64,000 bases of DNA. Source: Candidatus Nanoarchaeia archaeon. GTDB lineage: Archaea > Nanobdellota > Nanobdellia > Woesearchaeales > UBA583. The stretch covers positions 1,239 through 65,238 of the forward strand of contig JBNKLP010000004.1 in assembly GCA_050292425.1 (NCBI GenBank). Direction: 5' to 3'. The notes under the pieces are model-generated. The model ran no database searches, was not told the DNA's origin, and saw only the letters and a program-made list of their open reading frames with translations. The translations under genes were made by a program, and so were the position numbers. Below, one piece after another: positions 19,158 through 27,554 of this stretch. Within the stretch, counting starts at the first letter, position 1. Each line of letters starts with the position of its first letter.

Positions 19158-20099
19158 TTATTTTGTGTTCAAATCAATTATGGATAGGGTGATTGTGTCA
19201 AGCTGACCAAGAATATCCTTGAATAATTGTGTAATTACCAAGTATAAATTTACATTGTCTTTCAAATCTTCTCTGAGGGTTTCAAAGTCTCTTAATAGGG
19301 ATTGCTTTTTGTCAAGGTGGAGTTTTAGATTATTTTGTATGTTTATGTTTTTCTCAAGCAAGTTTGTTATGAATGTGAAATAGTTTTCCATGTTTTTTAG
19401 TGTTGTTCCAATATGGTGCATGTGCTCTTTTTTTATGTCTTTGAGGTATCTTGCAACTCTTTTTGCAATGTCTCCTATTGTTTCAAGTGAAGAGACAATT
19501 CTGTGGTAATGTATAGAATCTTTTATCTGCTGTGTATCATTTAATGAATCCATATTGTAGTTGATGGCTTTTTGTGCCAGAAATGTAAGCTTGTTGATGT
19601 TTGAGTCCAAGGACGATATAAAGAATTGATTGTTTGATTTTTTGTCAAATTCTATTAGCTCTTTTAAGAGCATTTTTTCCATTTCAATGATTTCTCTTAT
19701 TAATTTGCAAAGGTCCAGCTCAGATGTGTTTGTAAGATCTTTTAGAGTGATGTGGTCTTTGCTTATTTCAACAATTTCAACAGAAGAAAGTTTTTCTTTT
19801 AAAATTTTTATCTCTTCAAGCCTTTCAATTACGTCTTTTCCATTTATTTTTATGGTTTTGTAATTCTTAAGGTAATAGGAAATTAGTTCTCTGTTGAACA
19901 ATTTAAGAGGTTTGTTGTCCAGATTAATCTGAGCAATTCTTTCTTCTTTTTCTTTTTCCAAAGAAATAATTAAAGAGTTGTCATTTTGAGTGATATTTAC
20001 TTCATTTCCTTTTCCTAGATTATGCTTTTTTATCCAGTCTTGAGGGATTGTAAGAACATAAGATGAGTTACCGAATTTGATGATTTTTCGATTTTCCAT
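19158..20099 (-). CDS. AbrB/SpoVT-domain plus PhoU-domain regulator
   Basis: N-terminus KIIKFGNSSYVLTIPQDWIKKHNLGKGNEV is AbrB/SpoVT-like. The C-terminal part has PhoU-like helical repeats (IGDIAKRVARYL...). Confidence 0.7.
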   Translation of the reverse strand: MENRKIIKFGNSSYVLTIPQDWIKKHNLGKGNEVNITQNDNSLIISLEKEKEERIAQINLDNKPLKLFNRELISYYLKNYKTIKINGKDVIERLEEIKILKEKLSSVEIVEISKDHITLKDLTNTSELDLCKLIREIIEMEKMLLKELIEFDKKSNNQFFISSLDSNINKLTFLAQKAINYNMDSLNDTQQIKDSIHYHRIVSSLETIGDIAKRVARYLKDIKKEHMHHIGTTLKNMENYFTFITNLLEKNINIQNNLKLHLDKKQSLLRDFETLREDLKDNVNLYLVITQLFKDILGQLDTITLSIIDLNTK

Positions 20100-20145
20100 A
20101 GAATTTTAAATATACTTCGATTTAAAAATATATGTAACATATGTT

Positions 20146-21189
20146 TTAGTTCTCTTCTTCTTTTAATTCATAAACTTCTTTTAAGTATCTTAAAAGTATT
20201 GATGTAATTGAGATTATTATTGGACCCAAAATGATTCCTTCTATTCCAAATGCTATCAATCCTCCTACGAATCCTATAAATACCAAAGGAGGAGATATTG
20301 TTTCCTTATCACTCATAAGGATTGGTCTTACAAAGTTATCAACAAAACTTATTATGAATGTTCCATATACAAGCAGTCCTATTCCTGCAAAACTATCTCC
20401 AGTTAAAATCATATAAAGAGATATTGGGGCCCAAACAAGAGGAGTTCCAATATATGGTACCAAGGATACTATGAATGTAAGTGCAGTTACTATTAATAGA
20501 TTTGGCACTCCAAAAATTATGTAACCTATCAATGCGATAGCAGTTTGGATCAATCCAGTAAGAAAGTATCCCTTGAAGAGAACTTTAAGATTTTTTGTTA
20601 TATTTCTTAGGATTTCATTTTGTTTTCTTAATGTTAGTGGAATGTATTCATTCATTGCAGAGAGCATTTTCTTGTTGTGAATCAGGATGTAGTATGAGAT
20701 GAAAAGTATGATGAAAAAGTAAACTATTGTTTTTGGGATGGAAGAGAAAAAATTCTTTGAAAGATCTATGATGTAGAGAACAACTGGTTGAACAAATTCG
20801 CTAAAATCTATTGATGAAAGAGTAGTCGAATTTGAGAATTTTTCAATGAAATTTGCAGTAATTTCATTTAGTATTTCTGGATTTTGTATGTAAACCTTGT
20901 ATTGTACAAGTATTTTTATTATGCTTAAGATAAGGAAGTATGACAAGAATGCCAAAGGAATGAATATTACAAATGTCCCTGAGAGCAGAGCAAGAAGAGA
21001 GCTTAATCTTTTGTTTTTGATTTTTTCTAAAAAGAATTCGTAAACGGGATATAAGAAGTACGATAGTATTAATGAATAAATTATAAGTGCAAGTATGTCT
21101 TTTATTACAAAAAAAGTTAGCAGCAAGAATATTATTGCGATTATCAGTATGAAGTTCTTTTCGCTGTCTATTGAATATCTTCTTGCCAT
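20146..21189 (-). CDS. AI-2E family transporter (PerM/UPF0118) permease
   Basis: 347 aa, about 8 TM helices. Conserved tail LVPYIGTPLVWAPISL...FVRPILMS...PPLVFIGFVGG. Confidence 0.7.
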   Translation of the reverse strand: MARRYSIDSEKNFILIIAIIFLLLTFFVIKDILALIIYSLILSYFLYPVYEFFLEKIKNKRLSSLLALLSGTFVIFIPLAFLSYFLILSIIKILVQYKVYIQNPEILNEITANFIEKFSNSTTLSSIDFSEFVQPVVLYIIDLSKNFFSSIPKTIVYFFIILFISYYILIHNKKMLSAMNEYIPLTLRKQNEILRNITKNLKVLFKGYFLTGLIQTAIALIGYIIFGVPNLLIVTALTFIVSLVPYIGTPLVWAPISLYMILTGDSFAGIGLLVYGTFIISFVDNFVRPILMSDKETISPPLVFIGFVGGLIAFGIEGIILGPIIISITSILLRYLKEVYELKEEEN

Positions 21190-21195
21190 TTTTAT

Positions 21196-21603
21196 TTAAT
21201 TTTTGATTTGTGTTGAAAGAGATTTGGTTGCTTTTTTTATTTTGTCAAGAAAGTCCATCTCTTTTTCAAGTATGTTTTGGTTTGAGAGAGTTTCATCTCC
21301 AAAAAGTTCATTTTTTATTGCAATGTTTGAAATCTTGACACATCTCAAATTTAGCAGTTCTGTTGTGAGTTTTTTTGAGTTTTTGTAGATGTTTTGCTCT
21401 TTTTTTAATTTTAATTTGTCATCAGAGTTTTTAAGTTTTTTTATTTCTTCCTTTTTGTCCTCAAGAAATTTATTTAGAGCTTCATAGAATAGTTCAGGAA
21501 GAGTTTGCAAAGATTTTGTTCTTTTTTCTTCTCTTAAAATGTTGTATAGTGAGTTGAATGTCAGAAGAGGAATTTGAGAAGTAGAATTTTGCATATCTGT
21601 CAT
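21196..21603 (-). CDS. possible GINS-family replication protein
   Basis: LTFNSLYNILREEKRTKSLQTLPELFYEALNKFLEDKK resembles the GINS A-domain N-terminus. Start set at the internal ATG 21603 to avoid overlap with the upstream gene. Weak call. Confidence 0.35.
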   Translation of the reverse strand: MTDMQNSTSQIPLLTFNSLYNILREEKRTKSLQTLPELFYEALNKFLEDKKEEIKKLKNSDDKLKLKKEQNIYKNSKKLTTELLNLRCVKISNIAIKNELFGDETLSNQNILEKEMDFLDKIKKATKSLSTQIKN

Positions 21604-21652
21604 AATAAGATTTATTGATTTTTGGAAGTATATAAAGTTTTTGTGTGAGGTG

Positions 21653-22072
21653 TTAGGAATTATAGTTTTCCTCAGTTTCAACTTTTATTGAGTGTTTTTT
21701 TAAAAGAGAACAAAATACACCATCTCCTTCAATGAGTTTTCCTGAAAAGGTTCCATCGTAGATTTGTCCACAGCCGCAAGAAGGAGATCTTGCTTTTAGT
21801 ATTGCTTTAGTTGCTTTTGAAGTTAAAGCTATTTTTAGAGCTTCATTTGCTCCTTTTTCAAATTGAAGAGTTACCTCTTTTCCTTCTTTTGTGAAAACTT
21901 TGTTTCCTTTTTGCTCTGCAGCAGGTCTTGGTGTTGGCAGGCCACCTAATTGCTCAGGACAAATAGGAATTGCTTTACCTTGTTTGATTAGTTCAATTAT
22001 TTTTTCATTTGGTTTTGTATTGGCATCATATCTGCAATTTATTCCTGCAAGGCATGCACTAATAATTATCAT
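21653..22072 (-). CDS. DUF523 (TudS/YbbK-like) protein
   Basis: ISACLAGINCRYDAN...PICPEQLGGLPTPRPAAE...KARSPSCGCGQIYDGTFSG matches the DUF523 Cys pattern. Confidence 0.8.
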   Translation of the reverse strand: MIIISACLAGINCRYDANTKPNEKIIELIKQGKAIPICPEQLGGLPTPRPAAEQKGNKVFTKEGKEVTLQFEKGANEALKIALTSKATKAILKARSPSCGCGQIYDGTFSGKLIEGDGVFCSLLKKHSIKVETEENYNS

Positions 22073-22118
22073 AAAATAGATTTAGTTTTGAATTTTTATA
22101 AACTTTTAGAATATTGAA

Positions 22119-22132
22119 AGGCGGAGGTGGGA
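22119..22132 (-). repeat. 14-nt duplicate of the tRNA-Cys 3' end (acceptor 3' strand plus T-stem)
   Basis: AGGCGGAGGTGGGA at 22119-22132 is identical to 22191-22204. A matching TCCCAC at 22175-22180 can re-form a T-stem-like helix around a 42-nt insert. Confidence 0.8.
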
Positions 22133-22190
22133 AGCTCAACAATCGGAGATTCTTGGCTCCAAAGGTTTGAAAAATCCCACTCTTATTAAG

Positions 22191-22262
22191 AGGCGGAGGT
22201 GGGATTTGAACCCACGATCACAGGGTTGCAGCCTGTTGCCTTAGCCACTTGGCCACCCCGCC
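22191..22262 (-). tRNA. tRNA-Cys (GCA)
   Basis: Reverse complement GGCGGGG-TG-GCCAAGTGGCTAAGGC-A-ACAGG-CTGCAAC-CCTGT-GATC-GTGGG-TTCAAAT-CCCAC-CTCCGCC-T folds as a cloverleaf. The anticodon loop CUGCAAC gives GCA. Confidence 0.9.
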
Positions 22263-22286
22263 ATGATTAGAATTAACTTGATTAAT

Positions 22287-22294
22287 TTTATAAA
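22287..22294 (-). promoter_or_regulatory. TATA box (TTTATAAA) for tRNA-Cys
   Basis: Palindromic TTTATAAA lies 25-32 nt upstream of tRNA position 1. Confidence 0.5.
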
Positions 22295-22296
22295 GA

Positions 22297-22620
22297 TTGT
22301 TGTTTTTAGATTATATTATGTTTTCGCGTTTCTTAGATGAAATTATTGGAATTGGAGCATCTCTTCCAGATGATCTTTTTTATGGAAATACTCAAAGAGG
22401 CTTAGTTCAAAGATGTTCTGAGAGAGGGGAATCAGAAATTGCTGGATTAGGATTGCAAACAAGAAGATTTTCAAATCAGGTTAAAAATCAAATGCATCCC
22501 AGAGAGAGATTGGAGTATTTTTGTAAATTTGAGTTAATTGATTATTCAAAAAATTTGGAAGATTATTTTGGATATTCTGTTAGAGAAGATTTGACGAAGT
22601 TAAAAATTAAATCTTCATAG
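22297..22620 (+). CDS. hypothetical protein (107 aa)
   Basis: Only sizeable ORF in this interval. No motif recognised. Confidence 0.35.
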   Translation: MLFLDYIMFSRFLDEIIGIGASLPDDLFYGNTQRGLVQRCSERGESEIAGLGLQTRRFSNQVKNQMHPRERLEYFCKFELIDYSKNLEDYFGYSVREDLTKLKIKSS

Positions 22621-22962
22621 GGGTTTTAGTTCTCCAGTTATTTTATCTATCTTAACTTCAGGACCAGGACCTATTGCTCCACAACTCATTGTGCCAGGAT
22701 TGAGTTCTGTGTGACCTGCATCTGTTATTGTTACAGCAGTTAAGTCTTGTTCTAGGGCTTTGTTTATTAGTTGTAATAATTGTTCTTTTGATTCAACTTT
22801 GAGAGCAATTTTTTTCATGCCTTCTGATCTCCATTTTGAGAGGAGTTTCTTGTTTGATTGAAGTGTTGCCTCAACTGCAGCATGAGAGGCTTGCGCTGCA
22901 ATTTTCCCTTTTGACATATTAAGATCGGTTCTGATTAGAAGTACTTGCTTTAAGTTTGACAT
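22615..22962 (-). CDS. pth2: peptidyl-tRNA hydrolase, archaeal/eukaryal Pth2 type
   Basis: 115 aa. KQVLLIRTDLNMSKGKIAAQASHAAV...ITDAGHTELNPGTMSCGAIGP is the Pth2 signature. Confidence 0.9.
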   Translation of the reverse strand: MSNLKQVLLIRTDLNMSKGKIAAQASHAAVEATLQSNKKLLSKWRSEGMKKIALKVESKEQLLQLINKALEQDLTAVTITDAGHTELNPGTMSCGAIGPGPEVKIDKITGELKPL

Positions 22963-23054
22963 AAATTAAGTTAATTAACAATATTTATAAACTTTAATAC
23001 CTTTTATTCTACTATGGTGCAGTCACTGCGTTCGGTACCTTTTTAAAAATTAAA

Positions 23055-24458
23055 ATGGTTTTAGATAAATTAGGTAGTTCTTTGAAGGATACATTGTCGA
23101 AAGTTAAGAATTCCTTGACTGTTGATAGGACTTTGGTTGAAGAAATTGTTAAGGAGATTCAAAAGGCACTTTTAGCATCAGATGTTAATGTAAGATTGGT
23201 TCTGGAACTTACAAAGACTATTCGTAAAAGAGCAATTGAAGAAGATAATCCTGAACTTTCAAAAAAGGACCATCTGATTACAATTATTTATGAGGAGTTA
23301 GCTAGGTTTTTAGGGGATGAGAAGGAATTTGAACTTAAGGAAGGTCAGAACAGAATTATGCTTGTTGGTCTTTATGGACAAGGTAAAACGACCACTGCAG
23401 GAAAACTTGGAGTTTATTTTAAGAATAGATCAAAGAAAGTTGCACTTATTTCAACAGATACCTGGAGACCTGCAGCATTTGAGCAATTAAAACAACTTGG
23501 TTCAAGGATCAATATTGATGTTTTTGGTGATACAACTCTTAAAAATCCGAATGAAATTTACAAGAAGTTTGAAAAAGAATTTTCAAAATATGATGTGATT
23601 ATAATAGATAGTGCTGGAAGAGATAGTTTGAATGAAGAACTTGTTGAAGAGATTTCTTCTTTGAACAAGGTAGTTAAACCAACTGATACTTTTTTAGTTT
23701 TGGGAGCTGATGTAGGACAGACTGCTCAAAGACAAGCTGAGATGTTTAAAACAGAGCTTAGCATTTCAGGAGTTGTGATTACAAAGATGGATGGAACTGG
23801 TAAGGGAGGAGGTGCTCTTAGTGCGTGTTCTGTGGTTGAAGCACCAGTTAGATTCATAGGAGTTGGAGAAGGAATTGAGGATTTTGAGAGGTTCAATTCA
23901 ACAAGATTTGTTTCATCACTTCTTGGAATGGGAGATTTGGAGTCTCTTTTAGAGAAAGCGAAGTTAGCTATTGATGAGAGCAAAGCAAAGGACATGCAAG
24001 AGAGAGTTATGTCTGGAGAGTTTGATTTAGATGATTTGTATGAACAGTTGAAGGCTATGAACAAGATGGGTTCGATGTCAAAACTTATGGGCATGATTCC
24101 AGGGATGGGAGCGATGAAGATTGATAAAAGTCAGATGAAGGAGCAAGAAGAGAGGCTTGAAAAATGGAAATACATTATGGATTCAATGACAAGATATGAA
24201 AAGAAAGATCCTTCCTGCATAGATGTCTCGAGAGTTAAAAGGATTGCAGAAGGGAGTGGGACTTCAATATCTAATGTAAGAGAGCTTTTGAAACAACATA
24301 AACAGATGAAGAAAATGATGAATATGTTCAAAGATCCTAGTGCAATGGAAGATTTGGATCCAGAAAGCATGGGACAGAATCCACAGGAAATGATGAAAAT
24401 GATGAAGAAGTTTGGAGGGAATAAGATGATGAAACAGTTTATGAATAAGAAGAGATAA
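23055..24458 (+). CDS. srp54: signal recognition particle protein SRP54
   Basis: GLYGQGKTTTAGKL, DTWRPAA, DSAGR and TKMDGTGKGGGALS form the SRP GTPase G-domain. The Met-rich M-domain is at the C-terminus. Confidence 0.95.
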   Translation: MVLDKLGSSLKDTLSKVKNSLTVDRTLVEEIVKEIQKALLASDVNVRLVLELTKTIRKRAIEEDNPELSKKDHLITIIYEELARFLGDEKEFELKEGQNRIMLVGLYGQGKTTTAGKLGVYFKNRSKKVALISTDTWRPAAFEQLKQLGSRINIDVFGDTTLKNPNEIYKKFEKEFSKYDVIIIDSAGRDSLNEELVEEISSLNKVVKPTDTFLVLGADVGQTAQRQAEMFKTELSISGVVITKMDGTGKGGGALSACSVVEAPVRFIGVGEGIEDFERFNSTRFVSSLLGMGDLESLLEKAKLAIDESKAKDMQERVMSGEFDLDDLYEQLKAMNKMGSMSKLMGMIPGMGAMKIDKSQMKEQEERLEKWKYIMDSMTRYEKKDPSCIDVSRVKRIAEGSGTSISNVRELLKQHKQMKKMMNMFKDPSAMEDLDPESMGQNPQEMMKMMKKFGGNKMMKQFMNKKR

Positions 24459-24513
24459 GTTATTTTTTTTAGGAGTTACAAATCCTTTTAATCTTTATTT
24501 TTGATTTAATGAT

Positions 24514-24804
24514 ATGGCAGAAATTGAGGAGAATCCGAACAATCCGACAATCACTCAAGTTGGGAAAGTAGAAGCTCCTTATTATTTTTTGATTAAATAT
24601 AGAAGTGAGGCCGAAAGAGTTTATTTTTCTTCTCTTATTATGAAATTGATAAGACATCACGAACTCAAGGATTTTCATGTTGAGGAAAAGAAAGCCTTTA
24701 TACAATCGAGAGTTCTTTACAATATGCATACATTGACAACTTCTCCTAATATTTCTTATGAAGAGCTTGAAAAGAAATTTGTTAGTTTCTTAAAAAACAA
24801 TTAA
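24514..24804 (+). CDS. hypothetical protein (96 aa)
   Basis: Protein-like composition, followed by a T12 tract. Preferred over the overlapping minus-strand ORF 24469-24729. Confidence 0.45.
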   Translation: MAEIEENPNNPTITQVGKVEAPYYFLIKYRSEAERVYFSSLIMKLIRHHELKDFHVEEKKAFIQSRVLYNMHTLTTSPNISYEELEKKFVSFLKNN

Positions 24805-24808
24805 AGAA

Positions 24809-24820
24809 TTTTTTTTTTTT
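24809..24820 (+). terminator. oligo-T tract (12 T)
   Basis: A run of 12 T begins 5 nt after the stop codon. Oligo-T is the established archaeal termination signal. Confidence 0.5.
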
Positions 24821-24867
24821 CTTTACTAAAAGATAATATCAGATTTTTAAGTTATTTTTCTAGATTT

Positions 24868-24946
24868 GGGATAAATGTGGGATAAAAAATTTATTTTTTG
24901 GATAACTTTCGGATAAAATTTATCCCAAGTTTTCCATTTTTATCCC
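24868..24946. promoter_or_regulatory. cluster of GGATAA(A) boxes including a perfect palindrome (operator-like array)
   Basis: GGGATAAA at 24868-24875 and 24879-24886. GGATAA at 24900-24905. Palindrome GGATAAA-A-TTTATCC at 24911-24925. Inverted TTTATCCC at 24939-24946. All lie 40-118 nt upstream of the ATG at 24986. Confidence 0.55.
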
Positions 24947-24985
24947 AACAGAATTATATTTTTGAAAATATTAGGAGATATTTGT

Positions 24986-25783
24986 ATGGAAACATTAGCA
25001 AGAAATATGGAACCGACATGGAATCAACCTCATAAAGTGGGGTTGGAAGTTAAATTGGGAGAAAGTAGTGTTATGATCCCTATTGGTGAAGGAGCTTTAA
25101 GTGCAAGAGCTTTACCTTATATTGAATTGGATCAGATAATCCAAGATAGTTTGTTTGTTCTTGATTCTTTGGGGATTTTCTCAAGAGATATAAATAAAAA
25201 TCTTGTGATTGCTTCGACACCTGATGAAATATTAGATGTTATGAAATTAAGAAGTAGAGTTTATAATGAATTTGGTTATGATGCATTTCAGGACAAAATT
25301 CCGGGTTTTAATTTTGATAATTATGATAAAAATTCAGTTAACTTGATGTTTAATAGGAAAGGAGAAGTTACTGGATCTACTAGGATTGTATGTGATTCCA
25401 AAAATGGAGTTCCTACTGAGAATTATTATCCAAGTAGAAAAGGAATATTTGACTCTTTGAGGGAGGAGTATAAAGATCACTTTTTACCTATAGCAGAGTT
25501 GTCAAGAACTGTTATTGATTCAAGATTTAGAAAGACGGGCAGTGAGTTCAAGGAGATGTTTGCGGGATTGTATAGATTAGGAAATGAACTTGATGTTGGG
25601 ACTTATGTTTTATCAATGGCAAAAAGGATGTATGAAGCATTGTATTCAAAATGTGGGATGGAAGTCTTGGGTTATGAATCAGAGGTTGAGGGAATGAAAG
25701 TTGATTGTGTTCTTTTGAGTTGGAATCCAAGAGAAGTAAATGATTTTTTTAAAAAGAGATTTCTTAGATATAGGTACCATTAA
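24986..25783 (+). CDS. GNAT-fold N-acyltransferase, autoinducer-synthase/FeeM (N-acyl amino acid synthase)-like
   Basis: MKLRSRVYNEFGYDAF...NFDNYDKNSVNLMF..GEVTGSTRIV......IAELSRTVIDSRFRKTG follows the LRyrVF.eE.G...D.yD..s.Hl.....g.vvGt.Rl......E.SR..v...rr pattern of this family. GGAG lies 9 nt upstream of the ATG at 24986. Confidence 0.5.
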   Translation: METLARNMEPTWNQPHKVGLEVKLGESSVMIPIGEGALSARALPYIELDQIIQDSLFVLDSLGIFSRDINKNLVIASTPDEILDVMKLRSRVYNEFGYDAFQDKIPGFNFDNYDKNSVNLMFNRKGEVTGSTRIVCDSKNGVPTENYYPSRKGIFDSLREEYKDHFLPIAELSRTVIDSRFRKTGSEFKEMFAGLYRLGNELDVGTYVLSMAKRMYEALYSKCGMEVLGYESEVEGMKVDCVLLSWNPREVNDFFKKRFLRYRYH

Positions 25784-25784
25784 A

Positions 25785-26447
25785 ATGATAGATGATGAAT
25801 TTTGGCAAAAGTATTCAGAGTATTATGACAAATTTACTCCAAAACATCAAGTAAAATTACTTGAGTATGTTAGTAGTAGGTTATCTGGGAGCGTTTTAGA
25901 TATGGGAATGGGAGTAGGTAAACTTCTTCCTTTTGCATCTAATGCTTTAGAGGTTATAGGTTATACTGGGATTGAACAGAATGCAAGGATGTTTGAAAGG
26001 GCTCAAGAAAAAGCGAACCTAATTGAAAGGTTTGAACCTAGTTTGTATTTATCTAATGTTTCAAACTTAGATGATTTGAATTTGAATAAGGATGAATTTG
26101 ATTCTATGGTTTTTCTTAATGTTTTATATTCTAATGATAGTCCAATAGAGATACTGGATCTAGTAAAGAAAAGAATAAAACGTAATGGATATCTTATATT
26201 GAGTGAGCCTGCAAGAAAGATTTATCCTGAAAGGCTTCTTGAAGCAATGAATTTGGAATTTGGTAATAATCCTGATTATCTTGAGTATGTTGATATGAAT
26301 AAACAATTAGTTGGGAAGGCTGTTACTTATAATATTGGCGAAATGGATTATTTTTTAAGAAAGCTTGGATTTAAAGTTATTGAGAGTTCAAATGAGTATT
26401 TTTTGGGTTCAAATATTACTTTTCTTGCCAGAAATGTCAAGAACTAG
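25785..26447 (+). CDS. class I SAM-dependent methyltransferase
   Basis: Motif I VLDMGMGVGK, with post-I and motif II-like spacing. The ATG lies 1 nt after the upstream stop, so the two genes are coupled. Confidence 0.7.
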   Translation: MIDDEFWQKYSEYYDKFTPKHQVKLLEYVSSRLSGSVLDMGMGVGKLLPFASNALEVIGYTGIEQNARMFERAQEKANLIERFEPSLYLSNVSNLDDLNLNKDEFDSMVFLNVLYSNDSPIEILDLVKKRIKRNGYLILSEPARKIYPERLLEAMNLEFGNNPDYLEYVDMNKQLVGKAVTYNIGEMDYFLRKLGFKVIESSNEYFLGSNITFLARNVKN

Positions 26448-27554
26448 TGATTTCTGATTTAAAATCTTTGAAATTTCTTTTTCGTTTTTAGTTAGTTCTC
26501 TAGTATTTTTGAGTATTTTTAGATTTATAGTATTTTTTTCTTTTTTGTCGAGAGTTGTTTTATTGAAGCTGAATTCAACTACTCCTTTGCAGATTGAATT
26601 GAAATGATGTTCCAAAAATTTTAATTTCTCAGGATTATAATATTTTGAAAAAAAATTTCTCAAATTTGTTTTTATGGAATATTTGTATGGATTTTTGTTC
26701 AGGATTTCAATTTTTCCCATTCCAGAAATATCTGACATCTTTACTACTTGATAGAATATTTTAGTTTCATCTTTTGTGCCAAATAATTTTTTATGCATAT
26801 CAACAGAATTCTTTCCTTGCATATTCCCTAGTTCTTCAAGAAATTTTTTCATTTTTTCATTGTTAAATTTGGATGTAAGTTCTATGAAGAAAAAGTAAGG
26901 AATAAGTACTCCATACATATTTATGACTTTTATGTATCCATATTCAATTTTTATTTTTTTATTTATCAATAATTTTTTTAACAGATTTCCAATGTCGGTT
27001 TTTCTTTGAATTATATTTTCATAGTTTTTTTGGACTTGTTCTTTGTCTTTTTTTTTGTCTGTTTTTGTAATTGAGTAATAAAAAGCCCGAGTTTTTGAAT
27101 CATATGTCAATTCAGATTTTAGTTTTTTACTTAACAATTGTTCTAAAAAGTTTTGTATATATCCAAGAAGAATTTCTTCTGGATAAATTGATGGTGATTT
27201 TCCAAAAATGTTTATATAAGCTTTGTTTAAAGAGATGTTTTTTTGATAAAATATTATTTTGTTTTGGCTTATGTTTTTGAGGAGGATTTCTCCCATTCCA
27301 AGACCATTAATATATTCTAGGAATTCTTTTATGATTTGAATCTGGTTTTTTTTTCTGTTGTAAATTTTTTCAAATATTATTAATGAATCATACTTGGTTG
27401 AGTCTTTTAATATTTTCACGACTTCAGTTTTATTATAGGAATTTATTAATTTGTCAATTATTAAAAGAAAATGATTTATAGGAGTGAAATAACATTGTAT
27501 GTTATTTTGAAACACTAATCCATCTTTAAATTCCAGTTTATAATTCATTTTCAA
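26409..27554 (-). CDS. protein with two V4R-like (4-vinyl-reductase-type ligand-binding) halves, 381 aa
   Basis: Two internally similar halves, each with a G-[LM]-G-x-[IL] core (NGLGMGEILLKNISQNKIIFYQKN...; ISGMGKIEILNKNPYKYSIKTN...) preceded by a helical segment, as in V4R modules. Weak by-eye call. The start overlaps the KaiC-like stop by 4 nt. Confidence 0.35.
   Translation of the reverse strand: MKMNYKLEFKDGLVFQNNIQCYFTPINHFLLIIDKLINSYNKTEVVKILKDSTKYDSLIIFEKIYNRKKNQIQIIKEFLEYINGLGMGEILLKNISQNKIIFYQKNISLNKAYINIFGKSPSIYPEEILLGYIQNFLEQLLSKKLKSELTYDSKTRAFYYSITKTDKKKDKEQVQKNYENIIQRKTDIGNLLKKLLINKKIKIEYGYIKVINMYGVLIPYFFFIELTSKFNNEKMKKFLEELGNMQGKNSVDMHKKLFGTKDETKIFYQVVKMSDISGMGKIEILNKNPYKYSIKTNLRNFFSKYYNPEKLKFLEHHFNSICKGVVEFSFNKTTLDKKEKNTINLKILKNTRELTKNEKEISKILNQKSLVLDISGKKSNI

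Noticed and set aside
22119-22190. A second, intron-containing or split tRNA gene next to tRNA-Cys
   Set aside because: Only a T-stem-like helix and an acceptor 3' strand are present. There is no 5' acceptor strand, D-arm or anticodon arm, and no bulge-helix-bulge motif that I can draw.
24469-24729. Minus-strand 86-aa ORF overlapping the 24514-24804 ORF
   Set aside because: The plus-strand ORF has a more protein-like composition, a start close to the SRP54 terminator region, and a T12 tract right after its stop. The minus-strand ORF is Ile/Lys/Phe-biased.
24805-24961. Replication origin (ORB-like repeats) in the GGATAAA-rich intergenic region
   Set aside because: There is no adjacent orc1/cdc6 gene. 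There are no long inverted ORB elements flanking an unwinding element. The region is short and sits in a promoter-proximal position, so an operator array is the simpler reading.
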